In this document: piece by piece, positions 6,923 through 14,405 of the stretch
How the letters are laid out: each line of letters begins with the position of its first letter
Numbering within the stretch: position 1 is the first letter of the stretch
Virus record (IMG/VR): IMGVR_UViG_3300043781_000014
Location: 55,304 to 75,303 of that record
Length of the DNA stretch: 20,000 nucleotides
DNA from: an uncultured virus (IMG/VR IMGVR_UViG_3300043781_000014)
Taxonomy: Duplodnaviria; Heunggongvirae; Uroviricota; Caudoviricetes
Reading direction: 5' to 3' (one strand)
Made by a program: the position numbers and the translations under genes
The notes under the pieces: generated by a model
The model's input: the letters and a program-made list of their open reading frames with translations, nothing else
Told to the model about the DNA's origin: nothing
Database searches by the model: none

Positions 6923-8289
6923 TGGCAATGAATTTCGCAGACGCAATTAATCAACTTAACTCAAACAGCAACGAAAACAACTTTCGTCCTACTACCCTTG
7001 GCAAAAAGCAAGCCTTTTTTGGTCGGATCTTACCATTAGAAAATGGCGGATTTCCTTTTGTTCAATTCCGTGAAGCATGGGTTAGTTTTACTAAGAAAGA
7101 TGGCAGTGTTACAGCCTTACCAGTAATTATTGATCCTAGCAATCAAAATGATCAATTAGCTAAACTTCTTAATACGGTTATTCAATTCAATAAAGACAAA
7201 GGTGCTAAAGATGAAAAAGGTTATGCAGTAGATACTATTAAATTAGCTTCTGGACGTTTCCCACTATCTGTTCGTACTCGTGCTTACTTTCTTGGTGTTC
7301 CTGTTACTAATCAAAATGGTACTTATGCTCAAGCGGTAGATAACCAAGGTCGCCCTGCTGTAGAAGCTTATCAAATTAGCTACTCTGGTATGTATGCTAT
7401 TTCTTCCTTGCTTACTCCAGAAATGCCTTATATGAATGCACGGACTGGTCAACCAATGTTTACTGACCAAGCACAATTCATGACTGCTAAAGAAACAATG
7501 CCTGTTAGCGCTAAGTTTGTTGACGCTCCTAATGGTGGTGTAGGTAGTTGGAATGCTAGTGTTAACCAAGCTATGATCTTACCTGCTATGAACTTTAACT
7601 ACTTAGAACGTGATGCTCAAGGTAATATGAAGTATGTAGATGATATTGAAAAGGAAGCTAAGCCTTTAATTGAATCCGATCCTAACTTCTACCAAATCGT
7701 CCTTAAGCAACTTACCCAATCCTACAACACACAAATGGCTCAAGTAAGTTCTAACCCATATGCTACGGGCGCTAGCTTTAACTCAACCCCACAAGTAGGC
7801 GCAAGTGATTTGCCATTCCCTAATCAAAATCAAACATCTACTGCTCCTGCTAATAATCAAGCCCCTACGACTGGTCAACCAGCTCCACAAGCACCTATGA
7901 ATAATCAACCTCAAGCCCAAAAGGTAGATGTCGTTGCTAATATGACTGGTCAACCTGCTTCAAACTTTACCCAGTCTCAAACACAACAGCCTACAGCACC
8001 AGCACAATCGGCTCCACAAGCTCCTGTAAGCTCTTCGGCACCAGCCCAAGGTAATTTTACTAATCCATTCTCAGAACCTACTACAGACACCCCAGAGAAC
8101 GATTTAAGTATGCCTTTCCCTAACTCTGCGGATATGCAAGAACCAGCACCTACACCAACTAGTCAAGCTTCTGTACAACCAACTACACCTGCTCAACAGC
8201 CACAGCCACAACCTAATACAGCACCAGATCCATTAGCTAACTTAAACGCTAGTTCTGATGTTGACTCATTCTTAGCCAACTTAAAGTAA
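6922..8289 (+). CDS. Single-stranded DNA-binding protein with long P/Q/A/T-rich tail
   Basis: gp32-like N-terminus (GRILP), low-complexity linker, acidic-amphipathic end SSDVDSFLANLK; SD GGAGGA; immediately upstream of RecA. Confidence 0.75.
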   Translation: MAMNFADAINQLNSNSNENNFRPTTLGKKQAFFGRILPLENGGFPFVQFREAWVSFTKKDGSVTALPVIIDPSNQNDQLAKLLNTVIQFNKDKGAKDEKGYAVDTIKLASGRFPLSVRTRAYFLGVPVTNQNGTYAQAVDNQGRPAVEAYQISYSGMYAISSLLTPEMPYMNARTGQPMFTDQAQFMTAKETMPVSAKFVDAPNGGVGSWNASVNQAMILPAMNFNYLERDAQGNMKYVDDIEKEAKPLIESDPNFYQIVLKQLTQSYNTQMAQVSSNPYATGASFNSTPQVGASDLPFPNQNQTSTAPANNQAPTTGQPAPQAPMNNQPQAQKVDVVANMTGQPASNFTQSQTQQPTAPAQSAPQAPVSSSAPAQGNFTNPFSEPTTDTPENDLSMPFPNSADMQEPAPTPTSQASVQPTTPAQQPQPQPNTAPDPLANLNASSDVDSFLANLK

Positions 8290-8304
8290 TAAGGAGAGAT
8301 TGCT

Positions 8305-9555
8305 TTGTCTAAAATTACTGATATTATTGGGGAACTTAATAAAGATCCTAAGCTCACTACCTTTAACCAAACGGACAGTGGTGAAATTATGGACTGGTAC
8401 CCAACTTTAATCCCTGTCTTTGATTATAATATGGTAGGTGGTGTTCCAGCTTCCGGTAGAGTTTCTCAAGCTTTCGGGAAACCCTCGTCTGGTAAAAGTA
8501 CCTTCTCTGGCAATGTTATGAAAAATGCAATTAAGATGGGAGCCATTGTAGTTTACTTTGACTTAGAAGGTACACAAAATAATTCTCGTCTTGAAGCTCT
8601 TGGTGTCGATACTTCTAAAGTTCTTACATATACCACTACCCGTAAAAAAGATGGGACCATGCAAGAATTATCTATTGAAGAAATTGGTAAGACTATTATT
8701 GATACACTAGCTAAGGTTTATGAAGCTGATCCTAACCAACAAGTATTGTTTATCTGGGATAGTGTCGCTATCTCAGACTCTGAAATGCAAACTAATACTG
8801 AATTAGGTAATCAGGTAGTAGGACAACAAGCTAAAGCCCTAGCTACCGTTGGACGCAAACTACAGGTTAACCTTATTCATAACAATGGTACTTTACTTGC
8901 AATTAACCAAGCTCGTGATGATTTCAATGCTATGAATCCCCGTTATGCGTCTGTTAAAACTGTAGGGGGTAAAGGCTGGGAACACCTTTTATCTACTAAT
9001 ATTAGTCTTGCTCAATCAGGTAAACTTAAAGCTAAATCAACCGATACCGAACCAATTGGTACTACTACTAGAGTTAAGGTTGTTAAATCTAAAGTCGGTG
9101 ATAACTGGGGTTCTGACTTTACCATGTGTATTATTGGTGAATCTGGTTATGACTTTGAATATAACTTAGTAAACTCTGCCCAAGAAAATGGCCTTATTAC
9201 TACGGGACGTTCTCCTAAGTATGTTAACGATAATGGGGACGAAATTAAGGGTAGTAATGTATATAACTTAGTACAAAAGTTAAAGAAACCAGAAAATCAA
9301 GCCATTAGAGATGAAATCTGGCAACGTTTATTACTAATGTATTTCCCTAAGTGCTACCCACCTTTATTCAACACTAACCTATTCATGCACGAACAAGACT
9401 TCCCTATGATTAAAGGCTTACGTGCTTACTATGTACAACAACAAGAACAATTACCCGAAGAACAGCAACATTATAACTACAAACACTTTAAAGAAGAACT
9501 ACAAGCAGGTAATATTCCAGATGATATTGCTAATGAAGTTAAGGACTTAATTTAA
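8305..9555 (+). CDS. recA: RecA/UvsX-like recombinase
   Basis: Walker A GKPSSGKST, YFDLEG, Walker B FIWDS, AINQAR, GGKGWEH, VKVVKSKV; TTG start after SD AAGGAG. Confidence 0.93.
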   Translation: MSKITDIIGELNKDPKLTTFNQTDSGEIMDWYPTLIPVFDYNMVGGVPASGRVSQAFGKPSSGKSTFSGNVMKNAIKMGAIVVYFDLEGTQNNSRLEALGVDTSKVLTYTTTRKKDGTMQELSIEEIGKTIIDTLAKVYEADPNQQVLFIWDSVAISDSEMQTNTELGNQVVGQQAKALATVGRKLQVNLIHNNGTLLAINQARDDFNAMNPRYASVKTVGGKGWEHLLSTNISLAQSGKLKAKSTDTEPIGTTTRVKVVKSKVGDNWGSDFTMCIIGESGYDFEYNLVNSAQENGLITTGRSPKYVNDNGDEIKGSNVYNLVQKLKKPENQAIRDEIWQRLLLMYFPKCYPPLFNTNLFMHEQDFPMIKGLRAYYVQQQEQLPEEQQHYNYKHFKEELQAGNIPDDIANEVKDLI

Positions 9556-9604
9556 TAGAAAGGAAATAGTCACACTAAGCTGTGGCTATATTTGTATTAA
9601 CACC

Positions 9605-10762
9605 ATGAGTAAAAGGCTAACTACGGCAGAATTTAAACAAAAAATATATAATTTAGTAGGTAACGATTATAGTCTTATTGGTGAATATATTAATCGAACT
9701 ACTAAAGTGACATTAAAGCACAATAAGTGTGGATACGTATATCAAGTACTCCCGTCTAATTTTTATAATGGTACTCGTTGCCCAAAGTGTGCGCCAAAAA
9801 GGATTTCAAAGACTAAAACAAAAAGTGCTGACGAATATGCTAAAGAATTCTACCAAGAAGTAGGCAATGAGTATACCATTATTACTCCTTATAAAAATGC
9901 TCGCACTAAAATTAAGATTAAACATAATAAATGTGGGTATGTATATTGGGTTAATCCTCAATCATTCTTAGCGGGTAGTAGATGTTCAAAGTGTGCAAGA
10001 GCTGATAGAACCCATACAACTGCTTGGTTTAAGGAAAAAGTAAAAGATCTTACTGGGGACGAATATAGTGTATTAGGAACCTATGTAAATTCGGGTACAA
10101 AAATTAAGATTAAACATAATAAATGTGGATATGTATATTGGGTGCGCCCTAGGGACTTTATTAGAGGTAATAGATGTCCTATACAACATAAAGCATATAA
10201 AAAAACTACAGCAGACTTTCAAAAAGATTTAGACTTAAAATATGGGTCCGGGATATATCTAGTATTAGGGACTTATATTAATAGATTTACTAAGTTAGAA
10301 ATTAAGCACTTAAAATGTGGTCATATATGGGAAACAACTCCTAATAATCTATTAAGTGGTTATGGATGTGATAGATGTGGAACGGCTAGTCGTACTAATT
10401 CGGAACCTATTGTAAGACACTTGTTGGATCAATTAAAGGTTAATTATAAATACCATCAACATTTTTGGTGGCTTCGATATAAAGGCCCCCAACATTTAGA
10501 CTTCTATTTCCCAGACAAAAAAATTGCCATAGAGATAGACGGTTTACAACACTCTAAAAACATCAACTATTTTAATAATAACCTTATAAAAAATAAATTA
10601 AGAGATAAAAATAAAGATATTCTTTGTAAGAAACATGGTGTACAATTAATACGTATACCATATAAGGGAAGCCACTACACTGAAGATCTAAAGAGAGAAG
10701 TACTTAAGGTACTGAAACAATATAATTTGCTAAAGGACGGTGCTAATGACAAATTTAAGTAA
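9605..10762 (+). CDS. Free-standing putative homing endonuclease: four zinc-ribbon repeats plus C-terminal Vsr/DUF559-like nuclease
   Basis: Four ~64-aa repeats Y...G.Y....TK...KH.KCG......P..F..G.RCxxC; C-terminal HLDFYFPDKKIAIEIDGLQH...RDKNK..LC...GVQLIRIPY. Confidence 0.8.
   Translation: MSKRLTTAEFKQKIYNLVGNDYSLIGEYINRTTKVTLKHNKCGYVYQVLPSNFYNGTRCPKCAPKRISKTKTKSADEYAKEFYQEVGNEYTIITPYKNARTKIKIKHNKCGYVYWVNPQSFLAGSRCSKCARADRTHTTAWFKEKVKDLTGDEYSVLGTYVNSGTKIKIKHNKCGYVYWVRPRDFIRGNRCPIQHKAYKKTTADFQKDLDLKYGSGIYLVLGTYINRFTKLEIKHLKCGHIWETTPNNLLSGYGCDRCGTASRTNSEPIVRHLLDQLKVNYKYHQHFWWLRYKGPQHLDFYFPDKKIAIEIDGLQHSKNINYFNNNLIKNKLRDKNKDILCKKHGVQLIRIPYKGSHYTEDLKREVLKVLKQYNLLKDGANDKFK
9908..10143 (+). repeat. 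44-bp direct repeat (9908-9951 and 10100-10143, one mismatch) inside the endonuclease gene
   Basis: AAAATTAAGATTAAACATAATAAATGTGGRTATGTATATTGGGT, 192 nt (64 codons) apart. Confidence 0.9.
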
Positions 10763-11036
10763 TGGCTTGATTGATCAAGTTAGTGTTATTAAAGAAAAGT
10801 TACGTAAGCATATTGAAAACGGTGAACAAGCTTTGATTGTTGAACATAATATCTATGTTCCAGACTCTGCAACTAAAGTTACTTTCACTAAACTTTATCC
10901 TCACTTTGTTTATGGATATGTATTAAACAAAGCAACAGGTGAAAAGATGCCTTATACAATTACTTATAATTCTTTAATTTGTCATGATTTTGATGAAAGA
11001 TCTTGTTGGGAAGACGGATCATCATTATATGATTAA
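10746..11036 (+). CDS. Conserved hypothetical protein between recA and sigma (96 aa)
   Basis: ATG 10746 after AAGGACGGTG; motif YPHFVYG...MPYTITYNSLIC; Twort-like phages have a small gene between recA and sigma. Confidence 0.75.
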   Translation: MTNLSNGLIDQVSVIKEKLRKHIENGEQALIVEHNIYVPDSATKVTFTKLYPHFVYGYVLNKATGEKMPYTITYNSLICHDFDERSCWEDGSSLYD

Positions 11037-11042
11037 GAGAAG

Positions 11043-11071
11043 AGACAGTTACATTTGTAGCTGTCTTTTTT
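11043..11071 (+). terminator. Rho-independent terminator
   Basis: AGACAGTTAC/GTAGCTGTCT stem followed by a T run. Confidence 0.85.
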
Positions 11072-11089
11072 CTATACATAAATTTATTT

Positions 11090-11129
11090 ATTCTCCTCTT
11101 ACTTTAAAATAATTAATAGAGAGGAGAAT
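11090..11129 (+). promoter_or_regulatory. RBS-sequestering inverted repeat upstream of the sigma gene, with -10-like TAAAAT in the loop
   Basis: ATTCTCCTCT (11090-11099) is perfectly complementary to AGAGGAGAAT (11120-11129), which contains the SD; TAAAAT at 11105-11110. Confidence 0.7.
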
Positions 11130-11140
11130 TTTTACATTTA

Positions 11141-11899
11141 ATGGCAAGAAAAAAGATTAATAAAAAAGATCGGATTACTGGATATAATACTGATAACAAA
11201 AACGTATTTAATAGCTTAAACGGTGTTTATATTGGTAACAGCAACCATAACATTACTTTTGTAAGGGACTACGAACAATTAATTAAACAATATTCTAACT
11301 TAATTCATAACATGGGACGTAGGTTCGGTAACATTAATATGACCTACGCTGAAAGACAAGATTTATATGCTTACATTACTGAGGTATTTATTGACCTTGT
11401 AAGAGAATTTGATATGAGCAACGGAATGGACTTTCCGGGCTATATAGCTAAAATGCTTCCTACAAGAATTAGAGGAAGCTACTTAGACTCTATTCAAGAC
11501 TATAAGTCCCATATTACGCCTCTAAAGGATGGTAACAAGAGTGTTGAAGAAATAGCAGATTTGCAATATGGAAAAGCTCCCGTTACTTTTAGTTATTCAC
11601 GTAAGAGTAAGTACAATCGAGTTCAGCGTAAGGATGGTAAAGTACGAGGAATTGTTTCAGAAGCTATTGATACTCCTAATACTAATGAAATGGATAACAG
11701 CTTAGCTGAAATTCACTCTGCTTTTAAACTCCAAGGGTATAGTGACCCCGAATTACATTCTTTAGTAGATTATATCGCTAAAGACGGATTAACTGCTAAA
11801 GAAGCTAAAGACAGAGTGAAAGAACAATACCACTTAAATAAGAGTGAATTAGAAAAAGAATATGGTACTTTAGTTAAATTAATGAAAGCTTATCTTTAA
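11141..11899 (+). CDS. Phage RNA polymerase sigma factor (sigma70 region 2-like)
   Basis: LIKQYSNLIHNMGRRF...ERQDLYAYITEVFIDLVREFD...DFPGYIAKMLPTRIR; position two genes after recA (ignoring the inserted endonuclease). Confidence 0.85.
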   Translation: MARKKINKKDRITGYNTDNKNVFNSLNGVYIGNSNHNITFVRDYEQLIKQYSNLIHNMGRRFGNINMTYAERQDLYAYITEVFIDLVREFDMSNGMDFPGYIAKMLPTRIRGSYLDSIQDYKSHITPLKDGNKSVEEIADLQYGKAPVTFSYSRKSKYNRVQRKDGKVRGIVSEAIDTPNTNEMDNSLAEIHSAFKLQGYSDPELHSLVDYIAKDGLTAKEAKDRVKEQYHLNKSELEKEYGTLVKLMKAYL

Positions 11900-11926
11900 T
11901 CAAATTCTAATAATACAAGCTAAAGT

Positions 11927-11936
11927 AACTATATTA
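11927..11936 (+). promoter_or_regulatory. Putative late promoter AACTATATTA
   Basis: Same 10-mer as 2797-2806; heads the virion Ig-like gene cluster. Confidence 0.6.
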
Positions 11937-11968
11937 GAAAAAGATAACAAAAGAGAGGATGAAATAAC

Positions 11969-12547
11969 ATGGAATTACATTCCGCAGAAAAGGCAGAAAA
12001 GGCTCGTAATGACGCTTTAAGAGATTTAATTGTAAAGGCAAGTAAGGTAAAGGCCAGTGACTTAAATAAGAAGTTTATCGTTATTAAAGATGTTACTGAC
12101 TTTGGGAACTTATTTGACCTACGTGGTGCAGATGTATTAATCTTTGGAATTGTTGGTACAGACATCTACCGTCTCAAAAAGCTAGAACAAGCTAGTGACC
12201 CAACTAAGGGTGAATTAGTTGTTACAACTGATGCAGATAAGAAAGAAATTATCTGGAAACAAGATCATAAAGAACAACAACCATTTGAGGCTTACCACGT
12301 ATTACGCAAATCTAAGTACTATGGTACAGACGCTGGTCAACCTATGTTAGAAGCCCTAGAAGCTCATATTCATGGTACTTACAATATTGCTGGCTATGAC
12401 TCACGCTTAGTAACCTTTGCTGAATTAGTAGCTGACTTAAAAGAAAATGGCGAATCTGCCCCAGTCCAACCAGCTAAACTATCAGCCCCACAAAGCCCAA
12501 CCGTAGATCCAAAGGCTAAATCAGTAACAGTAAGTACAGATAAATAA
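11969..12547 (+). CDS. Putative virion-associated protein with C-terminal FN3 A-B-strand-like motif
   Basis: SD GAGAGGA; ends APQSPTVDPKAKSVTVSTDK, like the C-termini of the 12574 and 13812 products. Confidence 0.6.
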   Translation: MELHSAEKAEKARNDALRDLIVKASKVKASDLNKKFIVIKDVTDFGNLFDLRGADVLIFGIVGTDIYRLKKLEQASDPTKGELVVTTDADKKEIIWKQDHKEQQPFEAYHVLRKSKYYGTDAGQPMLEALEAHIHGTYNIAGYDSRLVTFAELVADLKENGESAPVQPAKLSAPQSPTVDPKAKSVTVSTDK

Positions 12548-12573
12548 AAGTAATAAAATGAAAGGAAAATTCG

Positions 12574-13167
12574 ATGCTACCTTTTCAGTATGAACCAAAA
12601 TTTATCATGTCTGGGGATCGAACCAAACAGCGTATGGTCGCTTTTAAGGGCTTAGAGTCTCCTGACAAAATTGGTATTGGTAAAGCTGGTGAAAACAAAG
12701 TTGTAATCACTGGTCTTCAGCCTGACACGTTTTATCCAGCAGGATCTTATAGTGTTGCTTACTACAGTGAACAAGGTAATGGTAGCGGGCGGATGCAACT
12801 ACCAGCTTTTAGAACTAAACCCGTCATTATGGAAAGTTTTGATATTGACGTAGGTAAAGAGATTAGTGGTGTAGAAGGCGAAGTTAAGTCTGTTCTTCCG
12901 GGTAACTACAAGCCAACTAATACTTCTAATGTTAATGTTAAAGCAGAAAGTAAAGACGAAGATATTGCCCTCGCTAAGTATAATAGTCAACGGGGTACTT
13001 ATGATATTAACTTTGTAAAAGAAGGAGAAACAGATATTGTATTTACTGCTTTAGACGGTGGCGGAGCTACTTTTGACCTATCTGTAGAAGTAAGACCTAA
13101 ACCAGAAGCCCCAGAAGAAGTAACTGTAGTTAGCAAGAATAATTCAGCTACAATTAAAGTAAATTAG
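12574..13167 (+). CDS. Ig-like tail/virion decoration protein (partial FN3 + Big_2)
   Basis: VVITGLQPDTFYPAGSYSVAY...LPAFRT, then P.NTSN..V...S.DEDIA...KEGETDIVFTALDGGG (Big_2), ending PEAPEEVTVVSKNNSATIKVN. Confidence 0.8.
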   Translation: MLPFQYEPKFIMSGDRTKQRMVAFKGLESPDKIGIGKAGENKVVITGLQPDTFYPAGSYSVAYYSEQGNGSGRMQLPAFRTKPVIMESFDIDVGKEISGVEGEVKSVLPGNYKPTNTSNVNVKAESKDEDIALAKYNSQRGTYDINFVKEGETDIVFTALDGGGATFDLSVEVRPKPEAPEEVTVVSKNNSATIKVN

Positions 13168-13181
13168 GAGGGTACGAGTAA

Positions 13182-13790
13182 ATGGAAGATAGAACAAACG
13201 AACACTTAGTAATTTATGACAAAGATAATAGAGTAATTGCTACTGGAGAAAAGGGAGCTAAACAGGTAGAGATTACTGATTTAATTCCTAATACTGATTA
13301 TCCAGACGGTTCATACACAGTAGCTTGGGTTAAGGAAAATGGGGATACTAGTGATAAAATTAATGTCCCAGACTTTAATACTTTAGCTATTCTAATGGAA
13401 AGTTTCACCTTAGCCCCAGATACTATTACAGGTACCGAAGGTGACGACTTAAATGTTACAGTTACTAGCATTAATCCAAGTGATGTTACTAATAATACTG
13501 TTAGTGCTGTTAGTGCAGATGAAAGTATTGCTACTATTAAGTGGGATGACGCTAAGCACGCATTTTCTGCTCATCTAGTTAAAGCGGGTAGAACTACCTT
13601 TAATTGGACATCAGCAGACGGTGGGGCTAAGTTAACCCAAAATGTAGAAGTTACAGCTAAACCCGCCCCTGCTCCAGAACCAGCCTCTAGTCAACCAGCA
13701 GAAAGTAATGAGCCTACATCAGCTACTCCAGCAAGCCCAGCTTCTAGCCCTGCCAGTTCAGCTACTCCAGCAAGCCCAGCTTCAGTATAA
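13182..13790 (+). CDS. Ig-like tail/virion decoration protein (partial FN3 + Big_2 + P/A/S-rich tail)
   Basis: LVIYDKDNRVIATGEKG...VEITDLIPNTDYPDGSYTVAW...VPDFNT; Big_2 PSDVTNNTVSAVSADESIA...AGRTTFNWTSADGG; paralog of 12574. Confidence 0.85.
   Translation: MEDRTNEHLVIYDKDNRVIATGEKGAKQVEITDLIPNTDYPDGSYTVAWVKENGDTSDKINVPDFNTLAILMESFTLAPDTITGTEGDDLNVTVTSINPSDVTNNTVSAVSADESIATIKWDDAKHAFSAHLVKAGRTTFNWTSADGGAKLTQNVEVTAKPAPAPEPASSQPAESNEPTSATPASPASSPASSATPASPASV
13719..13783 (+). repeat. Exact 26-bp direct repeat encoding SATPASPAS
   Basis: TCAGCTACTCCAGCAAGCCCAGCTTC at 13719-13744 and 13758-13783. Confidence 0.9.
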
Positions 13791-13811
13791 GGTTAAAGAG
13801 TGAGGTAACTA

Positions 13812-14063
13812 ATGGATAATCAAGGACTACAATTACTCTTATTTAAGAACGGTCGCTTGGTTAATGTGGGGCAAGGTAATACGGTTACTTTTGTCACTAA
13901 AGAAAACGTTAAAGCTGGGGATTATAAAGTAGCCTTTAGTGACGGTATTAATAGGTCTGAATTAGTAGACGTACCAGAAATTATCTTAAATAAGGCAATT
14001 GAAAAACCAACAAATATTAAAGTAGTCGCAAGTAGTAAGAAAGCAACAATTAGCATAGAATAG
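13812..14063 (+). CDS. Small FN3-like tail-associated protein
   Basis: LLLFKNGRLVNVG...AGDYKVAFSDG...SELVDVP, then KPTNIKVVASSKKATISIE; SD GAGGT. Confidence 0.75.
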   Translation: MDNQGLQLLLFKNGRLVNVGQGNTVTFVTKENVKAGDYKVAFSDGINRSELVDVPEIILNKAIEKPTNIKVVASSKKATISIE

Positions 14064-14076
14064 AGGGATTTAAAAC

Positions 14077-14289
14077 ATGGATAACGGACAAGGATTAGTC
14101 TTAGAAGTGTTTAACCAAGCCGGTAGCTTAGTAGCTCAAGGTGATATTGGTAAGAACACTGTAGATATTAAAGGCTTAAAAGCTGGTCAAGCAGTTAAAG
14201 AAGGGGAATATACAGTAGCCTACACAGATGGTAAAGTCATCGGTGATACTGCTAAAGTTCCTGCTTTCAACGTTCAAGCAAGTAAATAA
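14077..14289 (+). CDS. Small FN3-like tail-associated protein
   Basis: LEVFNQAGSLVAQGDIG...VDIKGLKAG...GEYTVAY...VPAF; paralog of the three upstream N-terminal domains. Confidence 0.75.
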   Translation: MDNGQGLVLEVFNQAGSLVAQGDIGKNTVDIKGLKAGQAVKEGEYTVAYTDGKVIGDTAKVPAFNVQASK

Positions 14290-14291
14290 TC

Positions 14292-14328
14292 AATAAAAGG
14301 GGTTATTAATTTAACCTCTTTTATTTTT
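14292..14328 (+). terminator. Rho-independent terminator (possibly bidirectional) ending the Ig cluster
   Basis: AATAAAAGGGGTTA/TAACCTCTTTTATT stem followed by TTT. Confidence 0.8.
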
Positions 14329-14347
14329 GCCCCTTGTACAAAAACAG

Positions 14348-14375
14348 TTGAATATTTAACTAAAAGTGTTATACT
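14348..14375 (+). promoter_or_regulatory. SigA-type promoter with extended -10
   Basis: TTGAAT (14348-14353) - 16 nt - TATACT (14370-14375), preceded by TGn. Confidence 0.65.
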
Positions 14376-14405
14376 TAAAATATAAAAGAGAAAGGATGTG
14401 TAATA

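Noticed and set aside
7264..7569. Minus-strand 101-aa ORF
   Set aside because: Entirely antisense to SSB; no supporting signals.
8305..10762. Group I intron or intein in recA carrying the endonuclease
   Set aside because: RecA is continuous and full length; the endonuclease starts 49 nt after its stop, leaving no room for an intron core.
11929..12990. Minus-strand ORFs 11929-12165 and 12799-12990
   Set aside because: Shadows of plus-strand virion genes that have strong RBSs.
12540..14080. Programmed frameshift or read-through fusion of the Ig/FN3 genes
   Set aside because: In-frame stops sit just upstream of the downstream ATGs (12559, 13179, 14071) and each gene has its own SD.
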